The position numbers were made by a program, and so were the translations under genes. A model generated the notes under the pieces. The model saw only the letters and a list, made by a program, of their open reading frames with translations, was not told the origin of the DNA and searched no databases. Source: the human T2T-CHM13v2.0 reference genome, Homo sapiens. Taken from it: a stretch of DNA of 64,000 nt. Of the stretch, positions 27,458 through 40,540 are shown piece after piece (the first letter of the stretch is position 1; every line of letters starts with the position of its first letter). Where the stretch lies: assembly GCF_009914755.1 (NCBI RefSeq), contig NC_060931.1; one strand, 5' to 3'.

Positions 27458-30400
27458 GAAGTAATTTAATACATTGAAATTTTTGTGCAAAAACATCAAC
27501 AATTTGTAAATATTTTGCTTTTTCATTAAGAAAGTAAGAATTTAAAAATTCAGTCATTAAAAACATTAAGCACGTAGAGTTCTAATTTTGCTATAACCTC
27601 TAAATATGCTAACTCTTTATATTCTTATTTTGGCTACTTGGCTGGGAATACTAGCTATATGGTATGGTGATTACATTTTCTATCACTTTTAATTTTATTT
27701 TATACTTTTTTTGTGTTTATAGTTTCCCTCACAGAAACTGTAAAACTCTTCAGGGTCATATCATGTATGTTTTATAGATGGTCCATCCCACCTAGTATAT
27801 ACTAGTTACGTGGTAGTTTCACAGCAGATGCGATAAATAAAATTGAGAACTTTGGTGTTTTTTATCATTATTTCCTCTCATATATACCAGTCTTTGCCCA
27901 TAAGGTAATTCTATGAAAAAGGATAATGATATTTATCTCAGGCATTAAAGCAAAAATTCACAATTTTCATATATTCTTTACATTGTAAATGAAGATACTA
28001 ATATCTATTTTAAAATTAGTTACAACACTAGTTTATCTTGGGAGTTGCTTTGAGATATTTAATATTTTTCCCTCTGATAGTTAACACAAAACTTACAAAA
28101 GAAACAAGTGTGAATCTCAGTGATCTCACACATTGTGTTATTATAAATTACTTTATAACAGGTCATCACTACAGAATTAAAACAAAATGAATGTGAACAA
28201 CATTATATTAGTATAATAACATTAAATTCTAATTTTTTCAGCACAATATTTCAAAAATAAACTACTTTGAGAATAAAGCAGTTACAAATAAATTGAATAG
28301 GTTTCAAATAATTTCCATTTAGGCAACTTTTCATTCTAACCATAAATAGTATAAACATGCAAGCACAGGCTTTGAATGCATATAGATGAAAATGAAATAC
28401 TTACTTTTAAATAACCCAGCCTAATCACAATATTGAAAATAGTGATCTATCATCAACCATTGAAACTGCAGTAAAACATTTTAATATTCTGAATTTATTT
28501 TATTTTTCATAATCTACTTTACCAGTGTTAATAATAATTACTACCTGGACAAAACAGGATCCATATTGTTTATTACTTTTTATGTGGTTAAATAACCAAT
28601 TGAATCAACACATTGTGAAATATAAACCGAATCATGTGCCTTTTTCCTCAGAGTTCTTATTTCATTCGTGGTTAACATCATCTTTTTTTAATTTTTTTTT
28701 CACTTGTTTTAAGGCTACAATTAGAAACATGCTTATATAATCAAACACTGCCTAGTGTATTGTGTAACTATAAATAAACAATAATTCTTAGTTCTTTCCT
28801 TATGTCATCACACACTGCATTTGATTATTAATAATATTAATAACTTAGCATCATCGTTTACACAAACTTGCTCTTTTGCTGTGTCATTTTCAACGTCAGT
28901 GCTGGCATCCTGTTGAGTCAAATGGAAGAACATGCCCAGTGATGTCTTAAAAACAAATCAACAAAACTTAGAAAGAAACGACCAGAAACAGCTAGACAGT
29001 TTGCCAAACATTCAGATGCCAAGAATTCTGTACAGCAATTCAGCTCTTTTACTAGAATAAAATATGCAGGAGTAGGGACATTAGTCTTTTGAAATGCTTT
29101 TCACCACATGTAGTTATGCTAGCAATTTTTGTTAAAGTTAATGAAAAATCTGTTACAGACCCTAGGCACTATCACAGATATGCCGTTCTTGGATCCCTCT
29201 CTCAGGCCAATAGGGCTGCCGTACTGGCTGGCACGCTCTTCGGAGAAGTTTTGTGGAATTTGAGATGGTAATTCTTCGTGTAGGTAATGCAAGCAAAGCC
29301 TATGTTACCAGAGAACTAGGAAATATGAAAATTTGTCATTTATTCTTTTTTTTCTATTTCTTCCCAAAAGTCATGAGTAATAATGTATACTTTAATTTGC
29401 TATGCATATTACTTTACTACTTTTATGCCTTTTACTTTCCAGTTTCTACAATATATGAAAATATTCTAGGACCTTATATTTAGAGCTTTCATCTTACAGA
29501 TTCTTTCTTATCCATAAAGAAATTTACATTGCCCTCAGGTTTACCCTAACACAATTTGCAAGTATGATTCGGGTAGGGAGAAAGGTAACAAGTTTTCACC
29601 TTAAATTTGCTCAGGTTAAAAAAAAAATACACACAATGAGGGCCAAGAAAAAAACATTGATTGATGTGACAATTTTTTTTCTTTTTTTATCGACAATGTA
29701 GTCTGCTATAAAAACAGATTGGGATTTTTTTCCATTATATTTGAGGTATTGCCTTATATTAGAATTATTAAAATCCCTGTAGTTAATGGTGTAAGTTATA
29801 TATTAAGTCTGGAAAACAAGCATCATAATTTCTCAAACAATACAAAATTAGGGTAGACTTTACAGTCTTTGTGGAAATTAAGTCTAAGTGGTTAGAGTCA
29901 CTGAATTGTCACTTTCATAAGGAAGGCTGAAAATAGGGCAGACAACCTCTCCTCAAACGACTGCATCTCCACCATGTTTAATGTGTTTCAAATCCTGTAA
30001 GTTATTCCATTCTTTTCTAACTATAAAAGTCTATAAACTAATTATGAGCATGGTTAAGAAAATCTAAACAGAGAGTAATATTTAAACATTTATTATAAAA
30101 AGTAATCATACACAATTCAATACACAGCTAGCAGTTATTAATATGATTATTTAACTTATAGATTTTTACATACTCTTCTTCCTTTTCTATAACATTACGA
30201 ACACCCCAAAAATGAGTCACACTGCTTGTATGCATGTTACTTGGTAGGCTGTTTACAGAGAACAGTGGTTTCCAACATTGGCAAAATGTGTATTTTTGGT
30301 TGGCCCCCAATTTTTATACCTAAGAATGAATATAAAGGAATTTAGTGAATGAAGTAAGTGATCGGGATTTAAGGAATTAGCAATAAGGATTTCATCACAG

Positions 30401-30630
30401 TATTATTTATGATATGAAAAGGTTGATAATAGCCTAAAAGTAAATAAGTTAAATAATGAGTAGAGTATTATTTGGTCACTAAAATGATATTGTACATATT
30501 TCATTATGTACGTGGAAAGATAGTCACATAGTATCAGGCAAATTTAAGCTTAAAAATAATGTGTGGAATATCAGCTTACATTTTATAAAACAAACATGGA
30601 TATAAAAATTTCTGGGAAGATATACAATCT

Positions 30631-31147
30631 GTTGATTTTAAAAAGTAATGATCAGACATCTAATACTAGAAATAACTCTCTGTTATAAAACTTAGTTGTA
30701 ACATATTGCACATTTACTTCACTCCTTTTCTGAATTATTATTATTATTTTTTGCTGGGAGCGAAAAATGCTTGATAATTAAATGCAAAATGCTTTAACAT
30801 CTACTGAGTGTTAAGGTAGAATTAACAAAACATTTACGGCTTACGTAAAGCCAAATTTATTTGCAGTCTTTCTACTGGCATCAGGCAATCAAAAAGATAA
30901 AAAATATCAGTGATGTGATAAAGGCTGTAGCTCAGGAACCCATATAAATGTTTTGTTAATTCTACCTTAACACTCAGTAGATGTTAAAGTATTTTGCATT
31001 TAATTATCAAGCATTTCTCTTTCCCAGCTAATAATAATAACAATTTAGAAAAAGAGTGAAGTAAATGTGCAATATATTACAACTAAGTTTTATAACAGAG
31101 AGTTATTTCTAGTATTAGATGTCTGATCATTACTTTTTAAAATCAAC
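30631..31147. repeat. Long inverted repeat: arms 30631-30836 and 30945-31147, spacer 108 bp
   Basis: Reverse complement of the right arm matches the left arm with about 9 substitutions and one 3-bp indel. Confidence 0.96.
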
Positions 31148-31757
31148 TTTGTATACCGCAATGAAAAGAATTTTGAAACTAAATGTAGCTCAAAGAATAC
31201 CTCTTTCTTGGTTTTGCTCCATTGATCATAGTTTCCTTATTAAGCATAGGAAGTTGTGCTTGGAGTTGCCTTAAATTGTGTCATGTCAATCAAATTGAGT
31301 TTAGGAGGAAAATGTTTTGAAATACTAAAATAAATGGAAATAAAACCTTAAAGAGTCTCCTCTTCATGCACTGCGTGTTATCCTCCTGATAATACCACAG
31401 AGCTTATGTCAAACTCTGCGGACCTGCTCCAGAGGTACGTCTAGCCCACAGTGTGTGAGCAGTGAAGTTTGGGCACTCTTAGAGTTTGAACAGATAAACT
31501 TCGGAAGTTCAGTGAATCATTTCAGCCAACGTGGAAATGTCAGTAGCTGAAATCTTAGTAAAAACAATAAGTAGTCTGAAATACTAAACTCACATGAAAA
31601 TTTGTTTTCACTTTAAACATATTTTTTGGCTTTTTGTACATCGAATACAGGTCATATCTGTTGCCTATATACTTGTAGATTAAAAAAAAAAACAACGATG
31701 TCAGCACTGCAAACTATAATTGTGATCAACATATATGATGGGTATAGTTGCTTTTTC

Positions 31758-32566
31758 TTTTTGAAAGCAGACACTGTTTATTCCAGGTTACAAAAATAAT
31801 CACAGCAAACACCTTAGTTCATCCTTCTAAGGCTTTTGATCTGGTCTTCCCTGTTGTCAGCATCTCCGCCTTCTACAAAATGAGTGGTCTTTTTCTTTAT
31901 TGAACATCCTGGAGAGGATGATTTGAAGGGCCACAGGGAGTTATCTGTTTCTTTGAAGCATTTTCTAACAGTACAGATCTCATGAATGAGGTACTACATG
32001 CTGATGATGTCATATTTACCAAGAGATCGACCAAAGTGTTAACTGTCAAGGCAATTCACTTCTTACTGATTTTGCCATAATCATGCTTATAGATTAGTTC
32101 ATTTACTGACTTCAGGTTCGGGTACTCCCATGCAAAATAGGGTTCTACAATTCTCAGCATGTTAATTGAAGCCTCGTTGAGGTTAAAAATTTCCTTTCAA
32201 GACCTGATGAAGGCAAAGAAGCTGGAATACCTTTTGGACCTTTGTACTCATACCGTTAATACTTCTGATCCTGATGACAAATGTCAATTTGGGTTCAGCA
32301 GGTACATAGAAGTTGTCAGTTTTTCTTGCCATCCTATCCAATCAAATATCAGTTCTATACATTTGCCTATATTCTTTGGAACAGTGCTTCACTTTTTCAT
32401 AAGTTTCCTCCTTGCCTTCAGAAGCATCTTTTGGGTTAAACTTTTTTCTCAGGCATTTGATCTTCAGGACTGCAAAATTCCTTCACTTTTTCTTAAGAGT
32501 TTCTGGCACAGCAGGAACCTTCTTCTTCCCTTTGATATCCTTCTTGATTCCAGCCAGAAAAGAGTG
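31758..32566 (-). pseudogene. RPL7: Processed pseudogene of ribosomal protein L7
   Basis: Intronless minus-strand homology from the TOP-like 5' end (CTCTTTTCTGGCTGGAATC) through VPAVPETLKKK to [20 protein letters not shown]; AATAAA in the 3'UTR; start codon lost, stops and indels; TSD GTTGCTTTTTC at 31747-31757 and 32567-32577. Confidence 0.95.
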
Positions 32567-33897
32567 GTTGCTTTTTCCCTTTAAGAAGTTGTCATTTTTT
32601 CAAAGCATTGAATTAAGTATTTCCATGGTGGTAAGAAATACAGAGAGGGCCTGAAAATTCACTGACAAGGCAAAAAGTTGACAGTTGTTTGTGGGCAAGC
32701 ATCTTTTTCTTAAATAAAAAGTGTGAGTTAAAGAAATGAGCAAAAGATGTAGGTGAGCCAGATGGATACAACTTTCATTTTATGTTTTTCTCACACCTGT
32801 ATAAAACATTGTTCTAGTTCAAGGTATTGGTGTGAATATTCAAGTCCCAATCAAGCCACCCCAGAATGTTAAGATTAATAATGCATGTCAAATAAGAACA
32901 GCAAACATTATGGATCCAGGTGTAAATGTTATTTGTCTTGTTTCTAGCTTTCCTGAGTATTTTTTTCTCTCTCTGCCAATTAACTTTTTTTTTTTTTTAC
33001 AGGAAGTAATCTTTTATTCCATTGGTGAGATGTGTTTCTAATCTTTCACTCCATGCAGAATAGCACCATTAAGGAAACTTAACTTTCTTTTCTTTTTTTG
33101 AGATATAGATTTTTTTTTAAGCCACAGGTTTAATGTGCTGCCCTTGACCTGAGAAGAAAATCTTGGATTTGTCTTTAGAGGAGGGATTTTGCTATGCCCC
33201 AGGGTGTTTATGACCAAAGCACATATTTGCTTCCTTCGTCACTGCTGTGAGGTTATCATGTGCAACTGGGTTAAACAAATAAAAAATACATTCCTATCAC
33301 ACACACACCTCTGAGTCCAGATAAAACAAAAGAACAGGACCATAAATGTCATCATTAGCTTGATTTCATGTATATGTACATATATTAAATGTGTGTTTGG
33401 TATGTACATATTTGACAATGAGTCGAAAAATATTCTACTATCATCTTTAATAACTCTTATGTAAGCAAAATGTGGCATGAAGTGATGTGATCCAGAACTC
33501 TGAGTAATCCCAGCCACAGTTTACTAGGATTTTCAGTAGTTATTGAGGCCTATGAATGTGTGTAGCTTTTCTTTAAGTCCTTCTGAAAACAGGTCTGTCC
33601 TTGAGGTGTCAGATTAACACTCCACTCAGAAGACAAATTGTTTGTGGGCACACTGGACATATGAGAGCCATTAGAGAGTGTGCTCTGCATTCTTGAAAAA
33701 TGAAAAATTCTAGGCAACATTACATCTTATAAATGCAAGATGTTTATTATTACAGTACCAGCAATAAATGTTTAGAAACTGGAGAGGGCTCACAATGGTC
33801 CTGACTAGGAACATATGCCTATCAAGTTCATTGGAAGCGGAGCCATTGCTTTTTGGCATTAAGCAAAGGGTCTGGAAGCTATTATGCATTTAGGCTT

Positions 33898-34147
33898 CTA
33901 TGAGTATTTAATTATATCAATAGGAGAACACAATTTCTGTTGTGTGTATAGTGCTGAATGTCTCCATTTATTCATGTTACTGTGCGTGATAGATGAGTTT
34001 AAACCAGATGCTGTAACTTTCTTGCTATTTGGCCAAATTATTTAAATCATATTCTTTGAAAATTCAGAAAATACCCTCCTGAACATCATTAAGGAAACTT
34101 CACCCATGGAATCTGTTTACAGACTTTTCTAAGGACGCTATACAAAT

Positions 34148-34189
<42 letters not shown>

Positions 34190-34601
34190 CTGTGTATAAA
34201 CATTTCCACCCCTTGATGTAAACTAATATATACTACTATATTGATCTTACCCTTATGCACTTTTCCAGGTCTGTCATTTCTACCTTTCAATGATGCTTGC
34301 TTGAATATGTGATTACTACTGTTTATTTTATATTTGCCCCTGCACACTCAGACATTACCTAATGATGCAATCCAAAGTTTTTTGTCTGGTAGCTTTCTTT
34401 TTATATGACTGCAGTTAAGATATGGGCTCTGGTCCTCTTCTACTGTTTTTGATAAAGGTGATTTTACATTTAGAGTATAACATCTTTTAAAGAAACCCAT
34501 TCCTATTTTGAATAAAATAAATACATTTTATATGTAAACTAACACTTTGCCTAGCACCTAGAATAATCAATAACTTACACATAGTAAGGACACAAAAAAT
34601 A
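33898..34601 (+). repeat. Source copy of the duplicated segment; contains (CA)n at ~34150-34188 and ends in an L2 tail
   Basis: Matches 26117-26804; here the L2 tail continues (...CACATAGTAAGGACACAAAAAATATATATCAATTGAACGACTGATGAATGA). Confidence 0.95.
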
Positions 34602-34709
34602 TATATCAATTGAACGACTGATGAATGAGCTTATGAAAGCCTCCAAACAAAAGAAAAAACAATAAATATACAAGTATTTCCTAAGTAGTCGTTTTCTACC
34701 ATAAAGTAT

Positions 34710-34843
34710 TTCTTTTATTTTTATTTTTTAAATGGACAGATACAATGTCATGCATTTACCATATACAACATGATGTTTTCCATGTATAAATCCATAGGAG
34801 GTAATGCATTTGTTAATTAGCTATATTGAACCATTACTATGTA
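34710..34843 (-). mobile_element. Tiny L1MA 3' end with an inverted 5' piece
   Basis: Antisense ...TACAACATGATGTTTT followed by sense GAGGTAATGCATTTGTTAATTAGC, which are adjacent L1MA 3'UTR segments. Confidence 0.65.
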
Positions 34844-36544
34844 ATTCTGATTTAAGTAAGGTTTTTGTTCTTGAATTGTTCTGTTGGCCTATTGGCTTGG
34901 GAGGAACCATTGTTGGGATTTGGAATTTATAATTCCATTTAAGTTTATACTTTATTCAAGCTTCTGGATCATTACTACCCGATAGGTAATGCTGGTCATT
35001 ATTTTTTAGGCATGTGCTGTGCCCACATATTTCTTATCTTTTTTGTGGCTTCAGATACATGATCTATTTGTTCCATTTGCAGTTCTTTATTACTGCATGA
35101 CAGACTACATGACAGAGAGTATCTTGGGAGACTGAAAACAACAAGCTCTGAAGTCAGATTTAGCAATAGCAATAAGTTGCCTCATTTCTAAAATAAGAAT
35201 AATTGTATTACTTGGGTAATTACTTTGAAAAATATAGAAATAATGAATATAAAGGAGCTACCAACATAAATATTATAAATTAGACTCCTTCATTAGGTAA
35301 GCTACCAGTAATATCTCCTAGAAAACAATCATCACCAATCGTCTTTGGGCTCTGAATGGGTATAATTTTGTCATGGTGCACACAATATTACTTATCCTTG
35401 GTAACTGGTTAAAAAAAAAGTGAGTCCAAATAATTTTAAATAGCAAAATAGTTACTAAAACTGAAATTCAATAAAAAGTAAATGTGAAAAGGATAAATCA
35501 ATATAAAAACATCATATTTGCGTTTTCATTCTTGTTTTTTCCTCTTCCAATGCATTAGATGAAAGTTAAAATTCTGAATCTAGTATAACAGCATCAATGA
35601 CAAATTTAAACGTGCAAGTCAGAGGCAGTTGAGGGAGTCAAAAAAGTTAAATAAGACTAACAAAAAAAGGAAATCTTAAAAAAGTTAAATGGTAAGACAT
35701 TGTACTTACTGTCAAGACATGGCAAATACCAGTTTTCAAATTCAGGAAAATTTTCCACATGGGTGGCATGAAACACAGGAGAAGAAGGTAATTTGCCAGT
35801 GTTATAAGCGTAAGCCCATGTGTGAAAAAAATGAATAAAACAGAAGAACAAGGGAGAATAACAAAGCTAGGTCATTACTGTTGGGTTGGGAACCAGATGA
35901 TGAAGAGTCCAAATGCAACATAATTGTGCATTTAAACTATGAAAAGGTTTAATTCCTTTAATATGTTTATATGTATTTTTTTTCTCTTGCTACATTTTTC
36001 CTGCCCTGCATGATAGTCCTTGACATAGATTGAAGGCATGGTGGGGGTGGGGGATGGAAATTAACACCAAACAAAATAACCATCTTGTTATTTAGTAATC
36101 CCTCCTTCTGTGGTATTCTAGGAATTCAGATAACTCATTAACAGATATCTTTTATTTACAGTGCCTCAAGCAAGAGGAGTACTTTCTTTTTAAATGTTTA
36201 TGGTAGAAGAACATCAAGTATAGTTGTCAACAGACTTCTTAATATTACTGGTTGTGCCTGTGCCTCCAAAGCATGGATTTGATAGCTCCAATATTGTAAT
36301 CTAAATTTCCTGGTAAGAATTTTGTTATTTCATTACTTGTTTATGGTAAAACAAAGTCTTGGTACTTTTTAATAGCTCTGACACCTTATTTCTGATAAAA
36401 CAAATATGCTTTAATTTCTTGGCTTGTCTTAATTTGGTTTAGTTTGCAAATAATTCCATGACTTAAACATGCGTGATTAATACTAAACACCATGAGAATA
36501 TCAAATAATATTTGTTACAGTAGTAGGAGTGGGAGCAGGAGGAG

Positions 36545-36730
36545 TAATAGCGTCAGTGACTAACATTATTTGTTTTCAAATTCCAGATTTTGTTCTATGT
36601 ACTCCATATGTATCATCTAATCCTGAGTAAATGCCCATTTTAAAGATGAAATAACAGATGTTTTAAAACCTTATGTAATTTGCCCAATGTCACCTAGCAA
36701 GTAAGTGGCAAAGTCAGATTGGATATTAAT
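36545..36730 (-). mobile_element. MIR
   Basis: CCCATTTTAAAGATGAAATAAC...TAATTTGCCCAATGTCACCTAGCAAGTAAGTGGCA. Confidence 0.7.
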
Positions 36731-37940
36731 ACTTTTACCTGTTAAGATATATAAACTATTTTTTCTCTTATTAAGCTTATAATTTAGTTAAGATAATTAT
36801 TTCCTCTATTGAAAAAAAAACAGTCTCTTGAAAACTGTTTTTGAATATTTTATATTTAGTTGTTATTCATAGGCCTGGCCTTCATTAGATCATGACTATG
36901 ACACAAAATCATCTTTTTTTTTTTTTTTTTTTTTGCCTATGACAATTTTATAGTACTACACAAGAGGGGAGTTTAACACTGCTTTCCTGTCATCCAGAAT
37001 ATCAACTTCTACTTCTTTTGCCACTTGCTAATGGAGCTGGAACTCAGCAGGGCTTGCTTGATAATGGAGCATTCTACAATGAATGCATCACATGCTGCCT
37101 GTCCCCAGAGTGTACTGCCTTTACATAGTGCTACTACTGCTGCTTCTACTTCAGAATACTGTGCTGTCCTTGACTACTTTGTCAGGTTCATGGAGAAAGA
37201 CCATTCCATCATGCATGGGAGTGAGATTTTCCCTGGGAAGTCATAAATTACAGCCAGGAGTACTGTAAGTATCTGACTTGAGGTGAGGAGGAATATACTC
37301 TAAATCCAATGGGAGGCTGAGCCTACACTCTGAGGTATGTAGAGTTCTGGATCTCTGCCGATAATGGAGTGAGCCAGCATAACTAGCGAGAAACAAATAG
37401 ACCAGGAGTGGGCAATAGGAGTGAGCAGTAATACCAAGACTCAATATTTAATGAGAGGTGGCAATACAATAAATCAATTCTGCTTAAGACTATTTTCCAA
37501 AGAGATTACTGGGTGTTCTTTCCATGAAGTGTGGTGTGATGCTTAATTGACCCTCTACAGGTTATCTGATTCAATTAGAGTTTGGTTTTCTATTGAAAAA
37601 TAGCCCAAAACTCTCACCTTCAATATAAAACACTCTCCACCTTCAGCCAGGTAGTTTCAGGTAATAGATGACAATGGGATAGACAGAAGCAAAGTCTCAA
37701 AAAATTCTGGATCAAGGGTTTATGTTCACAACAGAACCTAGTAATACAGGTTCATTTTTGAATGCAGAGTAAGAAGTTGTGGTTGAAGTTTATCAACTAG
37801 AGGGTCCATAAAAACATATACATTATAAAAGTAGACTTTCATCCAAGAAACAGAAATATATACATCACATCATTTCCTGAACATTAGGAATCCATTTTTG
37901 AAAATTCAGAGGTTCTGCATGAAAATACTAACTGGGGGCC

Positions 37941-38420
37941 TATATTAGTTTCATGTGGCTGCTGTAACAAATTACCACAAACTGGGTGGCTTAAAACAGA
38001 AATTTATTCTCCCACAGTTCTGCAGGCCAGAAATCTGAAATCGGTATCGCTGGACCTAAAACAAGGTGTTAGCATCGTTGCACTCTCCAGAGTCTCTACA
38101 GGATAATCCATTTATTGTCTTTTCCAGTTTCTGGTTGCTATCAGCATTCCTTGGCTTGTGACCATATAATCCAACCTCTGTCTCCCTGTACGCAGCCTTC
38201 TCCTCTCTGTGCATGTCTAATTTACCTCTGCCTCACTTTTATAAAGATACATGTAATTGCCTTTAGGGTCCACTCAGATAATTCAGAATAACCTCCTCAT
38301 CTCCAGACCATTAACTTAATCATATCTACAAACACCTTTTTTCCAAATAGCGAAACATTTAAAAGTTACAGAAATTAGGATTTATTATAGTATCTAGAGA
38401 ATATTATTCAGCCTAATACA
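37941..38420 (-). mobile_element. MLT1C-like solo LTR
   Basis: TATTAGTTTCATGTGGCTGCTGTAACAAATTACCACAAACTGGGTGGCTTAAAAC...ATTATTCAGCCTAATACA. Confidence 0.88.
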
Positions 38421-38953
38421 GGATGTATTTTCTGTTAAGTTGGAAAAATGATAACAGGCAACATGTATAAACCAAGACTCTCAGGCGATACCATATGACT
38501 AAAACATGGTAAAACACTTTCGTGTAAGAAATACACTACCATGTAAATATATAAAATATGTACTTAAAATGCTACTTCCTGACCATTATCTTATGAATAT
38601 AGTTATTAAAATGGAGTTTTATTGTTTGTGTGTGTGTGTTTATACTCTACTAGGAGAGTATAAACCAGGAATATATTCTGTGGGGCATGCCTGTAATGAG
38701 AATGTTGTTTTCTGAGAATTGCCTATAGTTGTGTCATAATGACAAACATGATAAATGGGAGAGAAGCAGTTGTTCCTTAGAGAGAAAGAATGAACAGATG
38801 ACCAATGTGACAAGATTGTAGGTTTTACATCCACCAAGATGTATCTGGGAGTCTTTAAACCATTAAGAAAAAAAAAAAATTAAAGTCTGATGGTGGGAGA
38901 GTCAATCCTAAAACTGATCTGCCTTTCACTCAACCCAAATAACACTTCTCAAT

Positions 38954-38958
38954 TGTGT

Positions 38959-38992
<34 letters not shown>
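38954..38992 (+). repeat. (TG)n microsatellite
   Basis: Direct observation. Confidence 0.95.
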
Positions 38993-39069
38993 TGTGCTGT
39001 GCTTTGATTCAGTTTGTTTTTTACTCTAGGACTCTAACGATTTTGACTTTCTGATTCTGGAAGATACAT

Positions 39070-39680
39070 TATTCAAAATACATCTAAAATTTATTCAATT
39101 TACTTCATTTCTGCTACTACCACTCTGGTCTAAGCTATCACCTTTTGCCTCAATTGCTCTAATAGTCTTTTAACCTGTCTCCTTTATTCCACTCTTGCTT
39201 CTCTACAATTCATTTCCCACACAGTGATCATTTAAACATGTAAATCAGATTATTTCAGTTTACCAATTGCAAGCCCTCTAATTTTGGGATTTAATCCAAA
39301 GTTGTACTGTGATGCTGGATGATGTGCCCCCAGCTCGCCTCATCTCCTACCACTCCTTCCCCCTCTCACTAGCCACATTAGCCTTCCTTCTGTTCATCAT
39401 TAACTATGCTGAGCTTATCTCCACTTCCAGAGATTGCTGTGTCCTGGGCTGGAAGGTAATTAATTCCCCCATAAAATACACCACTGTTTGGAATCATGCA
39501 AGTCTCAGCTGATCTTGAGACAGCCCTGTCATGTCGGTCCAATCTAAAGCAGGCTCTGAACCCCAGTCACTTGTGAATGCCTTGCTCTGCTTTATTTTTT
39601 TCCAGGGAATCATCATCCTAAGAATTGATCTTATTTATTCACTTGCTTATAGTTAGAAAGCACCACAAAACAGTTACTGC
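39070..39680 (+). mobile_element. L2 fragment
   Basis: CTGCTACTACCACTCTGGTCTAAGCTATCA...TGTAAATCAGAT...CTAGCCACATTAGCCTTCCTTCTGTTC. Confidence 0.7.
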
Positions 39681-40201
39681 TCTGTTTATAGGGATGAGAA
39701 TAGTTTCACTTGCAACTTTGCTTTTAAGAAGAGAATTCTTTCTGTCTTGGTTTTAAACACTAACTCATTAGTCTGTCTATACTGCTGGGCTAAGGCATTT
39801 CTTAAGGACAAACTTAGGCACAAGGCCACACTGCAAGTATATATGTGGTTTCTTTAGAATATCAAATCCTAAGGTGTGTCAATATTGAGAGTCTGCTGAA
39901 ATTGTTCAAGGGATTTAACTGGTACATCAAAAATGGGTTTTAGGATGCCCAAATATTTATCTTTTAGTTTTGGAGTCTGTTGTTTGAGATCTAGGATGTC
40001 TCAGGAGGGTGTCATGACAATCCTCTTGTGTTTACCCAAGTATGCAAGGTAAACAACAAATGAATCATTTTCTGAGTTGCCATGACATTTAAGGAATGTT
40101 GAGAAGTACTGCACAGACACAACTAAATCCTTGCTGTGCCCTTCATAAATACCTATGCCTTTCCTGGTACAGAAGACATGCTCCAGTGCTCTCCTGACCC
40201 T

Positions 40202-40540
40202 TGTCTCGGTCCATTCGTGTTGCTGAAACAGAATATCATGGACTAGATAGCTTATAAACAACAGAAATAGATTTCTCACTTTTCTAAATCTAAGATCAAA
40301 GAGCCAGCAGGTCTGGTGTCTGGTGAGGGTTTGTTTACTGGTTCATTGATGGTGCCTTCTTACTTAGTCCTCACATAAATTCAGCTTGCAAACAAGCTGA
40401 GGGATCTTGCCACATTTATGAGGGCTCTGTCTTCATGACCCAAATACTTCCCAAAGGCCCCACCTACCGATATCATCTCCTTAGTGGATAGGATTTTAAT
40501 GTATCAATTTGGTGGCAACACACACTTTCAGACCACAGCA
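40202..40540 (-). mobile_element. MLT1A/MSTD-like solo LTR
   Basis: GCTTATAAACAACAGAAAT...CTGGTGTCTGGTGAGGG...CTTCCCAAAGGCCCCACC...TTCAGACCACAGCA. Confidence 0.85.

Noticed and set aside
33470-33510. Possible C/D-box snoRNA motifs (TGATG...CTGA)
   Set aside because: Spacing too short, no proper RUGAUGA box and no terminal stem.
37000-37490. GC-richer block that may be an ancient LTR or a regulatory element
   Set aside because: No termini or family could be recognised by eye; it needs a Dfam search.
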